Assembly (NCBI GenBank): GCA_965261085.1
Contig: OZ253442.1
Span: 2,022,920 to 2,086,919 of the forward strand
Source: a bacterium
GTDB taxonomy: Bacteria; UBA8248
Direction: 5' to 3'
Length of the DNA stretch: 64,000 nucleotides
The notes under the pieces are model-generated. The model saw only the letters and a program-made list of their open reading frames with translations. It was not told where the DNA came from and searched no databases. The position numbers were made by a program, and so were the translations under genes. Shown here piece after piece: positions 9,193 to 17,118 of the stretch (position 1 is the first letter of the stretch; the number at the start of each line of letters is the position of its first letter).

Positions 9193-9576
9193 TCAGGCCG
9201 TCTCGATATCGGTCTGAGCGAAGTCTTCGCCCTTGAACAGGAGCGGCTCGCCGGTGAGGTCCGCGAGGGCGTATGCGAAGCAATCGCCCAGATTCAGCCT
9301 CGCCGGATGATTCCCCCTTCCGAAGCGCCGCCAAGCGCGCCGGGCGGCCTGCGCCTGCTCCACCGTGACGGGTGCGAGTTCGATTCCCGCCGTTTCGATA
9401 AACGCATCGAGTTCCTCGCCCGCCGCCGCGCCGCCTCTGCCTTCGAGCACCATCGCCGCCTCGAGCAGCCCGACGACCGACATGCGGCAGTGGCCCTGCG
9501 CTATCGCCTTCTCGTAGCGCTCCGCGTCCGGCTCGCCGAACAGGACGGCCAGAAGAGCCGACGTATCGACAATCAT
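9193..9576 (-). CDS. vapC: Type II toxin VapC (PIN-domain ribonuclease)
   Basis: MIVDTSALLAVLFGEP... with acidic PIN residues (D4, E, LNLGDC). There is a 4-nt ATGA overlap with the upstream antitoxin. Confidence 0.85.
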   Translation of the reverse strand: MIVDTSALLAVLFGEPDAERYEKAIAQGHCRMSVVGLLEAAMVLEGRGGAAAGEELDAFIETAGIELAPVTVEQAQAARRAWRRFGRGNHPARLNLGDCFAYALADLTGEPLLFKGEDFAQTDIETA

Positions 9577-9830
9577 CTGGGCAGTCCCCGCTCGTCATAG
9601 AGCGCATCGCCGTGTTCGACGGCGGAGGGCCCCTGCCCGACCAGCCCGGCGCAGCGCCGCCCGATGGCGTGAAGTTCGCGGGCCAGGGCGTCCGCATCGC
9701 GCCGGCGTTTTTCCCGAGCGAGGCGCTCGCGCAGCGCAAGCGTGATGGCGCCCGTCTTGCTCTCTCCCGTCAGACGGGCGAGTTCGCCCGCGAGCCGGCA
9801 GGTTTCCTCGTTCTTGATGTTGAGGCCCAT
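9573..9830 (-). CDS. vapB: Type II antitoxin VapB
   Basis: 85 aa. MGLNIKNEETCRLAGELARLTGESKTGAITLALRERL is typical of VapB/FitA-like antitoxins paired with PIN toxins. Confidence 0.8.
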   Translation of the reverse strand: MGLNIKNEETCRLAGELARLTGESKTGAITLALRERLAREKRRRDADALARELHAIGRRCAGLVGQGPSAVEHGDALYDERGLPR

Positions 9831-9856
9831 CGCCTTTTCTCCTTGGGTGCACTCAA

Positions 9857-9885
9857 GGGTAGAATGCCTTTTCTTTTTCTACCCT
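9857..9885 (-). promoter_or_regulatory. Candidate VapB operator (9-bp inverted repeat)
   Basis: AGGGTAGAA-N11-TTCTACCCT lies 27 nt upstream of the vapB start. Confidence 0.35.
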
Positions 9886-10062
9886 AAGGCATTTCGGGAC
9901 GATGGGCAAGGGGGAATTTTGAAGCTAGGGATAGGGAATTGCGGCGATGGCCCGATATCATTGAGACGGCATCGATGGTTGGAACGGTATTAGCAGTCGT
10001 CAAAAGACATATGCTAAATCGGTTGGCGAGGCCAGTAGCTTTAATGTGCAGTTGGATCAATC

Positions 10063-10221
10063 CTAATCAAATCGCACATCCGAGCGGTTGCACTGGGGAC
10101 ATCGGACGGGTGAAGTCGGTCGATTCTTGCTCCTCGCCTTACGCTTTTCATCTTCGTCAAGGATATTTGTCTCAAACCTGTTACCGCAATTCCTGCAAAA
10201 AAAACGTACCAGTTTAGTCAT
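10063..10221 (-). CDS. 52-aa zinc-ribbon protein, translationally coupled to the TIR gene
   Basis: MTKLVRFFCRNCGNRFE...VRCPQCNRSDVRFD has two CxxC pairs. Its ATG overlaps the TIR gene stop by 8 nt (ATGACTAA). The composition is AT-rich like the TIR gene. Confidence 0.6.
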   Translation of the reverse strand: MTKLVRFFCRNCGNRFETNILDEDEKRKARSKNRPTSPVRCPQCNRSDVRFD

Positions 10222-11149
10222 AGGATATCCCTGCCTGTTTGATGAACTCAGACCATAGAATCTCTGCGGCCTGTTGAGGCGAGAGCTTTTTATCTTGGTC
10301 GGAAATAAAAAACATATGGGGCCGTAGGAAAAGGTCGTATTCGTCAGCTTCAACACTAAAGCCGCCGTTTGCAGTGTTAAGTGGAGCGTTCTCCGAAAAT
10401 GAGTAGTAGATGTCTGCAAAACCCATGTTACTGTTATGTGCATGTACGGTGATGTGTGCTGCTCCCCGGTTCATATGTTGGTTGACTATAGTACAAGTGA
10501 AGCTCTGCGGGTCGGCCGTAATCAAACGACCCCGAAGACCTTCGATGCTGTCAATTTCAGCGATAGCGGACTCGAAGAAGCTGTGAACTTCCTCAAATGC
10601 TTTATAGCGGAAATCTCTACGGTCAATCTCATCGAAGTCTCGTTTGACCCTATAGCGGTGACTTGCAGATACTGAAGGAGCGCTTGGTGTAACAGTCGTA
10701 GCGGGTTGAACTGCATTGTAGCTGGTTAGAATTCTTCGCAACTCTGTAACAATGTCCAAGAATGCATTGTTTTCGTTTGTCCATTCTGTGATGGGTTTTC
10801 CATCGCGCGGAAGTGCCTTTAGCTTTTTAAGTGAAGAGGCTTTCCAATCACATGGTTCAATGATTATCGGGACGACTCGCATCTGACCAGCATCGTGGCG
10901 CTCAAGTGCTCGCATCATTTCATTATCGTAGCAATAGTCTGATGCAAGGAAATCCGGGCTTATTAGTGGTAAAAAAAGACAACAAGACTCAAGTTGTTCG
11001 GAAATCTCCTGATCCAGATCTCCACCGGCGAGAATTTCTCGGTCATACCAGTTATTGAGTTCGCCATCACGGCGAAGCATCACAAGATGTGTATGCAGCC
11101 GTTCTAGAACTCTTTCGTCCTTGTGAGAATATGAGATGAACGCTTTCAT
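10214..11149 (-). CDS. TIR-domain protein with unrecognised ~170-aa C-terminal domain
   Basis: The N-terminus FISYSHKDERVLERLHTHL...LFLPLISPDFLASDYCYDNEMMRAL fits the bacterial TIR_2 pattern, including the conserved Glu. I could not assign the C-terminal half. The gene is clearly AT-richer than its flanks. Confidence 0.8.
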   Translation of the reverse strand: MKAFISYSHKDERVLERLHTHLVMLRRDGELNNWYDREILAGGDLDQEISEQLESCCLFLPLISPDFLASDYCYDNEMMRALERHDAGQMRVVPIIIEPCDWKASSLKKLKALPRDGKPITEWTNENNAFLDIVTELRRILTSYNAVQPATTVTPSAPSVSASHRYRVKRDFDEIDRRDFRYKAFEEVHSFFESAIAEIDSIEGLRGRLITADPQSFTCTIVNQHMNRGAAHITVHAHNSNMGFADIYYSFSENAPLNTANGGFSVEADEYDLFLRPHMFFISDQDKKLSPQQAAEILWSEFIKQAGISYD

Positions 11150-11322
11150 CTACTCTCTATCCTTCTCTTTTTGTTCTGATTTGTGAGTCAGCACTTTGAA
11201 TTTGGTTTTGGATTCTACATGGGCGGAAAGCGGAATATATCAGAATCAATTCATTTTGCAATGGTTTGGTTAAAGCGGGTTGGCCACTTTCGTTTTTCTA
11301 ATTGCGATAAACCCTCCCCCCC

Positions 11323-12435
11323 CTAACCCTCAAACCGGTAGAGCGCCATTGCGTTGTCGCGCATGATGCGCTGGCGCAGTTCGGCGTCCACTTGGCGGGG
11401 CAGGGCGTGGATAGGCGAGTCGAAATCCCAGTGGGGGTAGTCGGTGGCGAACAGGAGGATTTTCTCGGCGTGGGCCATCTCGAATATCTGGAGCAGGTGT
11501 TCATCTTTTTCGGGTTCCTCGATGGGCTGGCTCGTTACGCTGAAATGCTCATAAAAATACTCGCTCGGCAGCTTTTTGAGCCATGGGACTTCGGCGCGCA
11601 TTCCCCGGTAGTTCTTGTCCAGGCGCCAGAGCAGCCCCGGAATCCAGGAGAGGCCGCCTTCTATCAGGACGATTTTTAGTTTTGGGAAGAGTTCGAACAC
11701 GCCCTCGCAGATGAAGCTCACGGCGTGCGTCATGAAGCACTGGCACATGGCCGTGTGCCATTCGATGTAGTAGGTGGGCCAGCCCGAAGCCGTGGGCGGC
11801 GGCGCGTTGCCTGCGCCGGAACCCCCGAAATGTATGCCGATGGGGAGTCCGCGTTCTTCCGCCGCCTCGTATATGGGGTGATATTTCCTCTGGCCGTAGG
11901 GGGCGTGCGAGCCCGCCGGGAATAGCACCTGCGCCATGTCGGCGCGCTCGCCGACGCGCTTTATCTCATCCACGGCGTGCTGGGGGTCCTGATGCGAGAC
12001 GGTGATGGCTCCGCGCAGGCGAGCGTCTTTTTCGAGCCAGTGCTCGATGGTCCAGTCGTTATGCGCGCTTGCCAGGGCCGCGCCGAACTCGGGGATTCCC
12101 ATGAAGGAGACGTTGTAATACGCCCCGTTCAGCACCCCGTAGCTCACCCCGTAGGCGTCCAGAACCTGTTCCTGAAGCATCGAGAGGCTCGAACCCGCCG
12201 GGCCGCCCGGCGGTATGGCGTCCTTGCGGACGCCGCCGCCCGCCGTCTTGGGATAAGGCGCGTTCGGCAGTTTCGTATAGTCCGTTTCTTCGACGTAGTT
12301 TCGCCACTCGGTAGGTAGGTAGGGCAGCAGGGCGTCCAGAGAAGGGGGTACGTGGTGGATGTCGGAGTCCACCATGCCGAGGCTCGTCTCCGAGACCGGC
12401 TGGGGCGTTTTTACGGCTTGCGTGGTCGTGCTCAT
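11323..12435 (-). CDS. Amidohydrolase-2 family metal-dependent hydrolase (ACMSD-like TIM barrel)
   Basis: DSDIHHVP near the N-terminus and [10 protein letters not shown] near the C-terminus. 370 aa. Confidence 0.75.
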   Translation of the reverse strand: MSTTTQAVKTPQPVSETSLGMVDSDIHHVPPSLDALLPYLPTEWRNYVEETDYTKLPNAPYPKTAGGGVRKDAIPPGGPAGSSLSMLQEQVLDAYGVSYGVLNGAYYNVSFMGIPEFGAALASAHNDWTIEHWLEKDARLRGAITVSHQDPQHAVDEIKRVGERADMAQVLFPAGSHAPYGQRKYHPIYEAAEERGLPIGIHFGGSGAGNAPPPTASGWPTYYIEWHTAMCQCFMTHAVSFICEGVFELFPKLKIVLIEGGLSWIPGLLWRLDKNYRGMRAEVPWLKKLPSEYFYEHFSVTSQPIEEPEKDEHLLQIFEMAHAEKILLFATDYPHWDFDSPIHALPRQVDAELRQRIMRDNAMALYRFEG

Positions 12436-12520
12436 TATCGTTCCTCCATGCGATTTGTTTGCATTTTAGCACGAGAAAACGAGAAGCGAAGGTGTACTAG
12501 ACGAACAGCAGACGTATCGA
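12426..12520. repeat. 95-bp direct repeat, copy 1 (partner 15208..15302)
   Basis: Aligns with 15208..15302 with roughly eight mismatches. It contains the amidohydrolase start codon and a relic of the TSUP gene 3' end (ctagacgaacagcagacgtatcga). Confidence 0.9.
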
Positions 12521-12693
12521 ACGATCCCTCGCGCCTTGCCCGATTCGTAGTCAGCAGGGTCGGGAGGGGAACCGGGCGGGGTACGCGGGACGAAGAGAAT
12601 CAAAATATTTAGGCCTAAAGACGAAAAATTCTCAATCTTGCAAATGGTTACGAGCTTTGGCAGCGTAGACGGAAACCTTTGGACGGAGTAGCG

Positions 12694-13659
12694 ATGGCTT
12701 TTCATGATGAACATATGAACGAGCCCGGCAGCGGCCGGCACCAGTCCCGGCCCGGTGTCCTGATGGGACACGTGCCGAGTCTTCCGCCCCTCGAGGCGCT
12801 GTGCTTCTTCGAGGCGGCGGCGCGGCTGGAGAGCTTTGCCGCTGCCGCCAGGGAACTCGGCGTGACGCCGGGCGCGGTCTCGCACCGCATCAAAGCACTG
12901 GAGGAGTATCTGGGCGCCCGGCTGTTCGAACGCCGTCCCCACGAAGTGCAGCTCAACCGGCTGGGGCGGGCGTATCTGCTAGATGTCCAGCGCGTGTTCA
13001 CAGAGTTGCGCGATGTGACCGAGCGGCGGCTCGGCGGCGGCGCGTTTCTGAAGCTGGTGGCGGTCGAGGCGGTGGCGGAGAAATGGCTGATGCCACGGCT
13101 GGCGGAGTTCCGGGCGGCGCACCCCGACATCGCCATCGAGTTCGAGACCGACCACCGTAAGGTCGACCCCAAGCGGCGCGACTTCGACGTCTGGATCGCC
13201 TTCACCGGCGAGGTCGGGGGGCAGCTCCATGCCGAGACGCTGTTAGAGGAGACGCTTCTGCCGGTGTGCAGCCCGGCCCTCTTGGAGGAGCGGGGCCGGC
13301 CCGGGAAGCCGGGCGATTTGCACGGCTGGTCGCTGCTCTACGATTTGCACTGGACGTCCTACTGGGCCCACTGGTTTGCGCATCACGGCGTGAAGCCGCC
13401 CGACCTGTCGCGGGCGCTGGGCTTCCGCCTCTACAGCATGATGGTGCAGGCCGCGGTCGAAGGTATGGGAGTGGCGCTTGGTCATTCACTGATGATCGCA
13501 CGGGAGTTGGAGGAGGGACAGTTGGTGACGCTGTTCGACACCCCTGTCCCGGCGCCCGACCGCTATCTGCTGGTCACGTCGCCGGCCTCGAGACGCAAGC
13601 CCGAGGTGCGGGCGTTCAGGGAGTGGATCCTGGAGCAGAGGCTAGGCGAGGAACGATGA
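12694..13659 (+). CDS. LysR-family transcriptional regulator (GcvA-like)
   Basis: HTH segment LPPLEALCFFEAAARLESFAAAARELGVTPGAVSHRIKALEEYLGARLFER. The ATG at 12694 is preceded by GGACGGAG. Confidence 0.85.
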   Translation: MAFHDEHMNEPGSGRHQSRPGVLMGHVPSLPPLEALCFFEAAARLESFAAAARELGVTPGAVSHRIKALEEYLGARLFERRPHEVQLNRLGRAYLLDVQRVFTELRDVTERRLGGGAFLKLVAVEAVAEKWLMPRLAEFRAAHPDIAIEFETDHRKVDPKRRDFDVWIAFTGEVGGQLHAETLLEETLLPVCSPALLEERGRPGKPGDLHGWSLLYDLHWTSYWAHWFAHHGVKPPDLSRALGFRLYSMMVQAAVEGMGVALGHSLMIARELEEGQLVTLFDTPVPAPDRYLLVTSPASRRKPEVRAFREWILEQRLGEER

Positions 13660-13729
13660 TTGCCTGAGCCTGTTTCTCTAGGGAGTGTTTTTGTGCACTT
13701 TTCTCAACTGGCAAGAAAGGGGACAAGCC

Positions 13730-15100
13730 ATGCTTAAGAGGAATCGACTTTCAATCCTAGTAATAACCGCGCTTGCGGCAGTCACTCTGGTTTTATCCGG
13801 TTGTGGCGGTGGGGATTCCAAATCGGCGGCTCGTGAGTCGATGCCGAGCACTCCGATGACAACACCGACACCGACACCGACTCCAACACCGACTCCAACT
13901 CCAACACCGGGGGCCTGTATGGTGGGGGGTACTTTGTCCGCGGGTCAATCGTGCAGCCATGAAAGTCCCGGAAACAGATTCACCTTTACAGTAAGAGACG
14001 ATGGGAGGGGCTGCGTGGGCGGAATTTGTAGCGGCGCTGGCATTACACTCAATAACTTTTCTGCAAGAAATAACAATGATGGGAGCTGGGAAGTCACGGC
14101 CCTTCCCGGTGTCGCGATGACGCCATCAAATGGTGGCAACGCTCCCACCATTGAGCGAACCGTCGGTAACATTCAATACTTTAAGGTAGCTCAAGCCGCG
14201 CGAAACACGCCTAGGGCAGGGAGTGTAACGCAGTCCTCGGATGCAGATGCGGACGGCGTCACGGTCGATTTCGTCAACATTGAAGTAAGTGGTCCTGCCG
14301 GACAGCAAACCTACGCCGCATACTACAACGGCATGGAAGTAGTCAGCACCGCAAACGGAACTCCGGCTGAAGGTGTGGATGGGGTTCTTGATCAACCCAA
14401 GGGAACACGGCTGCATGAGCGGATAGACGGCGGCGTCGAGTTTTATCGGAGTCTGGGACAGGCGGAAGCTGCGCTACTCGGTCTTGCACCCGGAGATATC
14501 TGGATCGATGTATACACGGATCATGAAGGTGGCAATGACGCAGACTATCTCGCAGGAGGCATATGGGTGTATGCGCCGGATAACACATCCAATCTCAATG
14601 ACTACGAATATGGAGCCTTCGTTGATGGCAACGATCCGTTTCAGCAGGACAATTTGGCGGGCGTGACGGGGACTGTGACGTATTCTCTAGAGGAAGGCGT
14701 CACCGGAGTGTTTCCGGTCGTGGAAGTAGGAAGAAATTACTTCTTTAACGCCGACGTCGCGCTTACAGCCGAGTTCGGCGATGGCAGCGAGTTGGGAACA
14801 ATTAGCGGGCGCATCCACAGTTTCAAAATCTATTTCGAGGAGGAACGAATAAACCTTCCCGAAAATCCGGTATTGACGCTGGGCAGAACCGATATCGGGA
14901 GTTCGAACAGCGGGTTCTTCACAGGCGACACCAGCATGACGTTTGACGGCAGCGACTTCACCGGCAAATGGGGCGGTCAGTTCTACGGCAACGGGGCCGA
15001 CCCGACTGATGCGCCGGGTTCCGTTGCCGGAACTTTCGGCGGCGCCACCGCTGATGGAAACGAAAGTTTTCTAGGCACCTTTGGGGCCTATAAGCGGTAG
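13730..15100 (+). CDS. Lipoprotein with (TP)n linker and TbpB/fHbp-like C-terminal beta-barrel signature
   Basis: Signal peptide with lipobox LSGC, then TPTPTPTPTPTPTPTP. The C-terminus FTGKWGGQFYGNG...GSVAGTFGG...FLGTFGAYKR matches the terminal strands of Neisseria-type surface lipoprotein barrels. Confidence 0.7.
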   Translation: MLKRNRLSILVITALAAVTLVLSGCGGGDSKSAARESMPSTPMTTPTPTPTPTPTPTPTPGACMVGGTLSAGQSCSHESPGNRFTFTVRDDGRGCVGGICSGAGITLNNFSARNNNDGSWEVTALPGVAMTPSNGGNAPTIERTVGNIQYFKVAQAARNTPRAGSVTQSSDADADGVTVDFVNIEVSGPAGQQTYAAYYNGMEVVSTANGTPAEGVDGVLDQPKGTRLHERIDGGVEFYRSLGQAEAALLGLAPGDIWIDVYTDHEGGNDADYLAGGIWVYAPDNTSNLNDYEYGAFVDGNDPFQQDNLAGVTGTVTYSLEEGVTGVFPVVEVGRNYFFNADVALTAEFGDGSELGTISGRIHSFKIYFEEERINLPENPVLTLGRTDIGSSNSGFFTGDTSMTFDGSDFTGKWGGQFYGNGADPTDAPGSVAGTFGGATADGNESFLGTFGAYKR

Positions 15101-15130
15101 ACGCATACCGTAACACCACCAACGCAAGCT

Positions 15131-15163
15131 AGAAGGGCAGCCGCGCGGCTGCCCTTCTTTTGT
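15131..15163 (+). terminator. Rho-independent terminator
   Basis: AGAAGGGCAGCC-GCGC-GGCTGCCCTTCT followed by TTTT. Confidence 0.75.
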
Positions 15164-15207
15164 GATTTCCGATACCCGCGAAGAAGTCGCTTTATTCCTC
15201 GCCTTCA

Positions 15208-15302
15208 TCGTGCTCATTATCGTTCCTCCATGCGATGTCTCTGTATTTTAGCACGAGAAAACGAGAAGCGAAGGTTTCCTAGACGAACAGCAGACGTATC
15301 GA
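15208..15302. repeat. 95-bp direct repeat, copy 2 (partner 12426..12520)
   Basis: Direct alignment. It overlaps the real 3' end of the TSUP gene and carries a copy of the first ~10 nt of the amidohydrolase gene. Confidence 0.9.
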
Positions 15303-16025
15303 TCCGCCCAGCGCGATGCTCAGCACGCACAGGTTGAACGTGCGCCCGTTCAGCCTCTCCTGCACCCATGCGCCGGCCTTGATGCCCAGCCACAGCACGG
15401 GCAGGCCGACCATGCTCGCCCAGACGGTATCCATCGTCACCACGGAAACCTGCCAGAAGGCGACCACCTTGATGGGGTTCATCACCGCAAAGAGAGCCCA
15501 TATCGTGCTCACCAGGGTGATCTTCTCCAGTTTCTGGCTGATGAGAACGGGGGTGAGAAAAATCGCCCCGCTGTTGGCGAGCGAGGAGCAAAGCCCGCTC
15601 ATGATGCCGAAGCCCCCGCCCTGCCACATCGGCAGTGGGGGAATTTCAAAGGGTCTGCCTCTTATTTCCACGAGCGTCTGGTAGGAGGCGAGGGATAAAC
15701 AGATGGCGCCGATCAGGAGCTTCAGTCCCTCGCCCGGGAGCCAGGTGAGCAGCCAGACGCCGCAGGCGAGCCCGATAATGATGCCGGGCGCCAGGAGGAA
15801 CACGTAGCGCAGGTTCCACTTTCCCCAGAAATCGGGCGCCGCCCCCAGGCTCGACCAGCAACTGAACAGCGCGATGAGGCCCAGGGAGAAAGTGGGCGAG
15901 AACGCGAAAATGAGAAAGGGCGTGATGACCAGGCCCACGCCCGCTCCGAACGTGCGCACGAGAAAACCGTTGCAAAACGCCGCCGCCAGGACGAAGGCCC
16001 ACTCGGCCAGGGAGAAATCCGGCAT
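15279..16025 (-). CDS. TauE/SafE (TSUP, DUF81) family membrane exporter
   Basis: 248 aa, polytopic. The start was trimmed to MPDFSLAEW because the upstream part of the ORF overlaps the neighbouring gene. Confidence 0.7.
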   Translation of the reverse strand: MPDFSLAEWAFVLAAAFCNGFLVRTFGAGVGLVITPFLIFAFSPTFSLGLIALFSCWSSLGAAPDFWGKWNLRYVFLLAPGIIIGLACGVWLLTWLPGEGLKLLIGAICLSLASYQTLVEIRGRPFEIPPLPMWQGGGFGIMSGLCSSLANSGAIFLTPVLISQKLEKITLVSTIWALFAVMNPIKVVAFWQVSVVTMDTVWASMVGLPVLWLGIKAGAWVQERLNGRTFNLCVLSIALGGSIRLLFV

Positions 16026-16027
16026 CG

Positions 16028-16774
16028 CTAGCTCGACTCCAGAAGAAGGCGCAGGGCGGTGACGAGGGACAAGAGCAGGAGGATGAAAATGAATCCTTTC
16101 TGGGGGATTTGACGGAGCGTCTGCTTGCCGCACCAGCTTCCGGCCCACGCCAGGGGAAAGGCGAGAGCGCCCGCCACCAGCATGGGCGTCTGCACGACGC
16201 CCCCGAACCACAGCGAGGCGACCTTGAAGGGGTTCACCCAGAGCCATACGACGATGATGCTCGCCACTATAGCCGTTTTCGAAAGCCCCTGGCTGATGTA
16301 GAAAAGACTCAATACGAGGCCTCCCGAGTGGAACATGGCGCTGATGATTCCGCCGCCTATGCCGATTCCCACTCCCGCCGGGGGGCTGATGGGCGGCGGC
16401 TTGATATCTCCGCGCGCCTCGCGCCAGATGAGCAGCCCGGCGAAGAAGACGCAGGTTAAGCCGATGCCTTTTCTCAGCCAGTAATCGGGCAGATTCACCA
16501 GCGCGTAGACGCCGATGATGATGCCGATGTAGAAGCCGGGCACCAGGAAGCGCAGAAAGCGGCTCTCCCACTGCTTCCAGAACATGGGGATGGCGAAAAA
16601 GTCCGTCACCCACATGATGACGGCCACGATGCCGATGATGAATCGAGTGGGCCAGAAGATGATCATGATCGGAACGAGAAAGATGCCGATCCCGGAGCTG
16701 AAGGTGGTTTTCAGAAAGCCGACGAAAAAAGCGGCGATCCCGACCGCTAGTAGCTCATGAGTCGAGTAGTCCAA
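16028..16774 (-). CDS. TauE/SafE (TSUP, DUF81) family membrane exporter, paralogue
   Basis: 248 aa, polytopic, Gly-rich helices. There is a 2-nt gap to the downstream paralogue. Confidence 0.7.
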   Translation of the reverse strand: MDYSTHELLAVGIAAFFVGFLKTTFSSGIGIFLVPIMIIFWPTRFIIGIVAVIMWVTDFFAIPMFWKQWESRFLRFLVPGFYIGIIIGVYALVNLPDYWLRKGIGLTCVFFAGLLIWREARGDIKPPPISPPAGVGIGIGGGIISAMFHSGGLVLSLFYISQGLSKTAIVASIIVVWLWVNPFKVASLWFGGVVQTPMLVAGALAFPLAWAGSWCGKQTLRQIPQKGFIFILLLLSLVTALRLLLESS

Positions 16775-16859
16775 AATATCCTCTGCTTGCCTGTGACGAA
16801 ACGAGGGGCCAGCTTAGCGATTCGGGGGGTCGAGAACAAGCTCGCGGGCACGCCCGGCC

Positions 16860-17117
16860 CTAGAACTTGGTGACGTGTCCCTCGACTCCGAACAGCTTGG
16901 GTAGCAGGCCGTGGAAGTAGTAGACGTCCAGAAAGATCAGGGCGAAGAAGAGCGCGATGAAAATGAGAATCAGCCCGGCGATGAAGCACGGGATCTGGGC
17001 GATGGCGTGAAAGACGCCCCCGATTCCGCCTTTTCTGAGCGGATAGCCGCAGTGTGGGCAGGAGGTGGCCTCGGTGCTCAGGATCCCCCCGCATTCGGGG
17101 CAGTTGAGGAGCGCCAT
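16860..17117 (-). CDS. Zinc-ribbon membrane protein (85 aa)
   Basis: MALLNCPECGG...CPHCGYPL followed by one long hydrophobic helix. It starts 1 nt after the synthetase stop. Confidence 0.55.
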   Translation of the reverse strand: MALLNCPECGGILSTEATSCPHCGYPLRKGGIGGVFHAIAQIPCFIAGLILIFIALFFALIFLDVYYFHGLLPKLFGVEGHVTKF

Positions 17118-17118
17118 C

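Noticed and set aside
9127-9739. Overlapping ORFs on both strands across vapBC (9127..9600 plus, 9131..9739 minus).
   Set aside because: The VapC (PIN) and VapB frames have clear signatures and an ATGA coupling. The alternatives are Arg/Gly-rich artefacts.
15279-16613. Long N-terminal extensions of several track ORFs (15279..16613, 27692..29902, 19972..22041, 21935..23062, 30828..31898, 47390..48517, 57776..58783).
   Set aside because: The extensions overlap the upstream gene in another frame and are Arg/Pro-rich. Internal starts with SD-like sequences, or alignment to paralogues, give the expected protein lengths.
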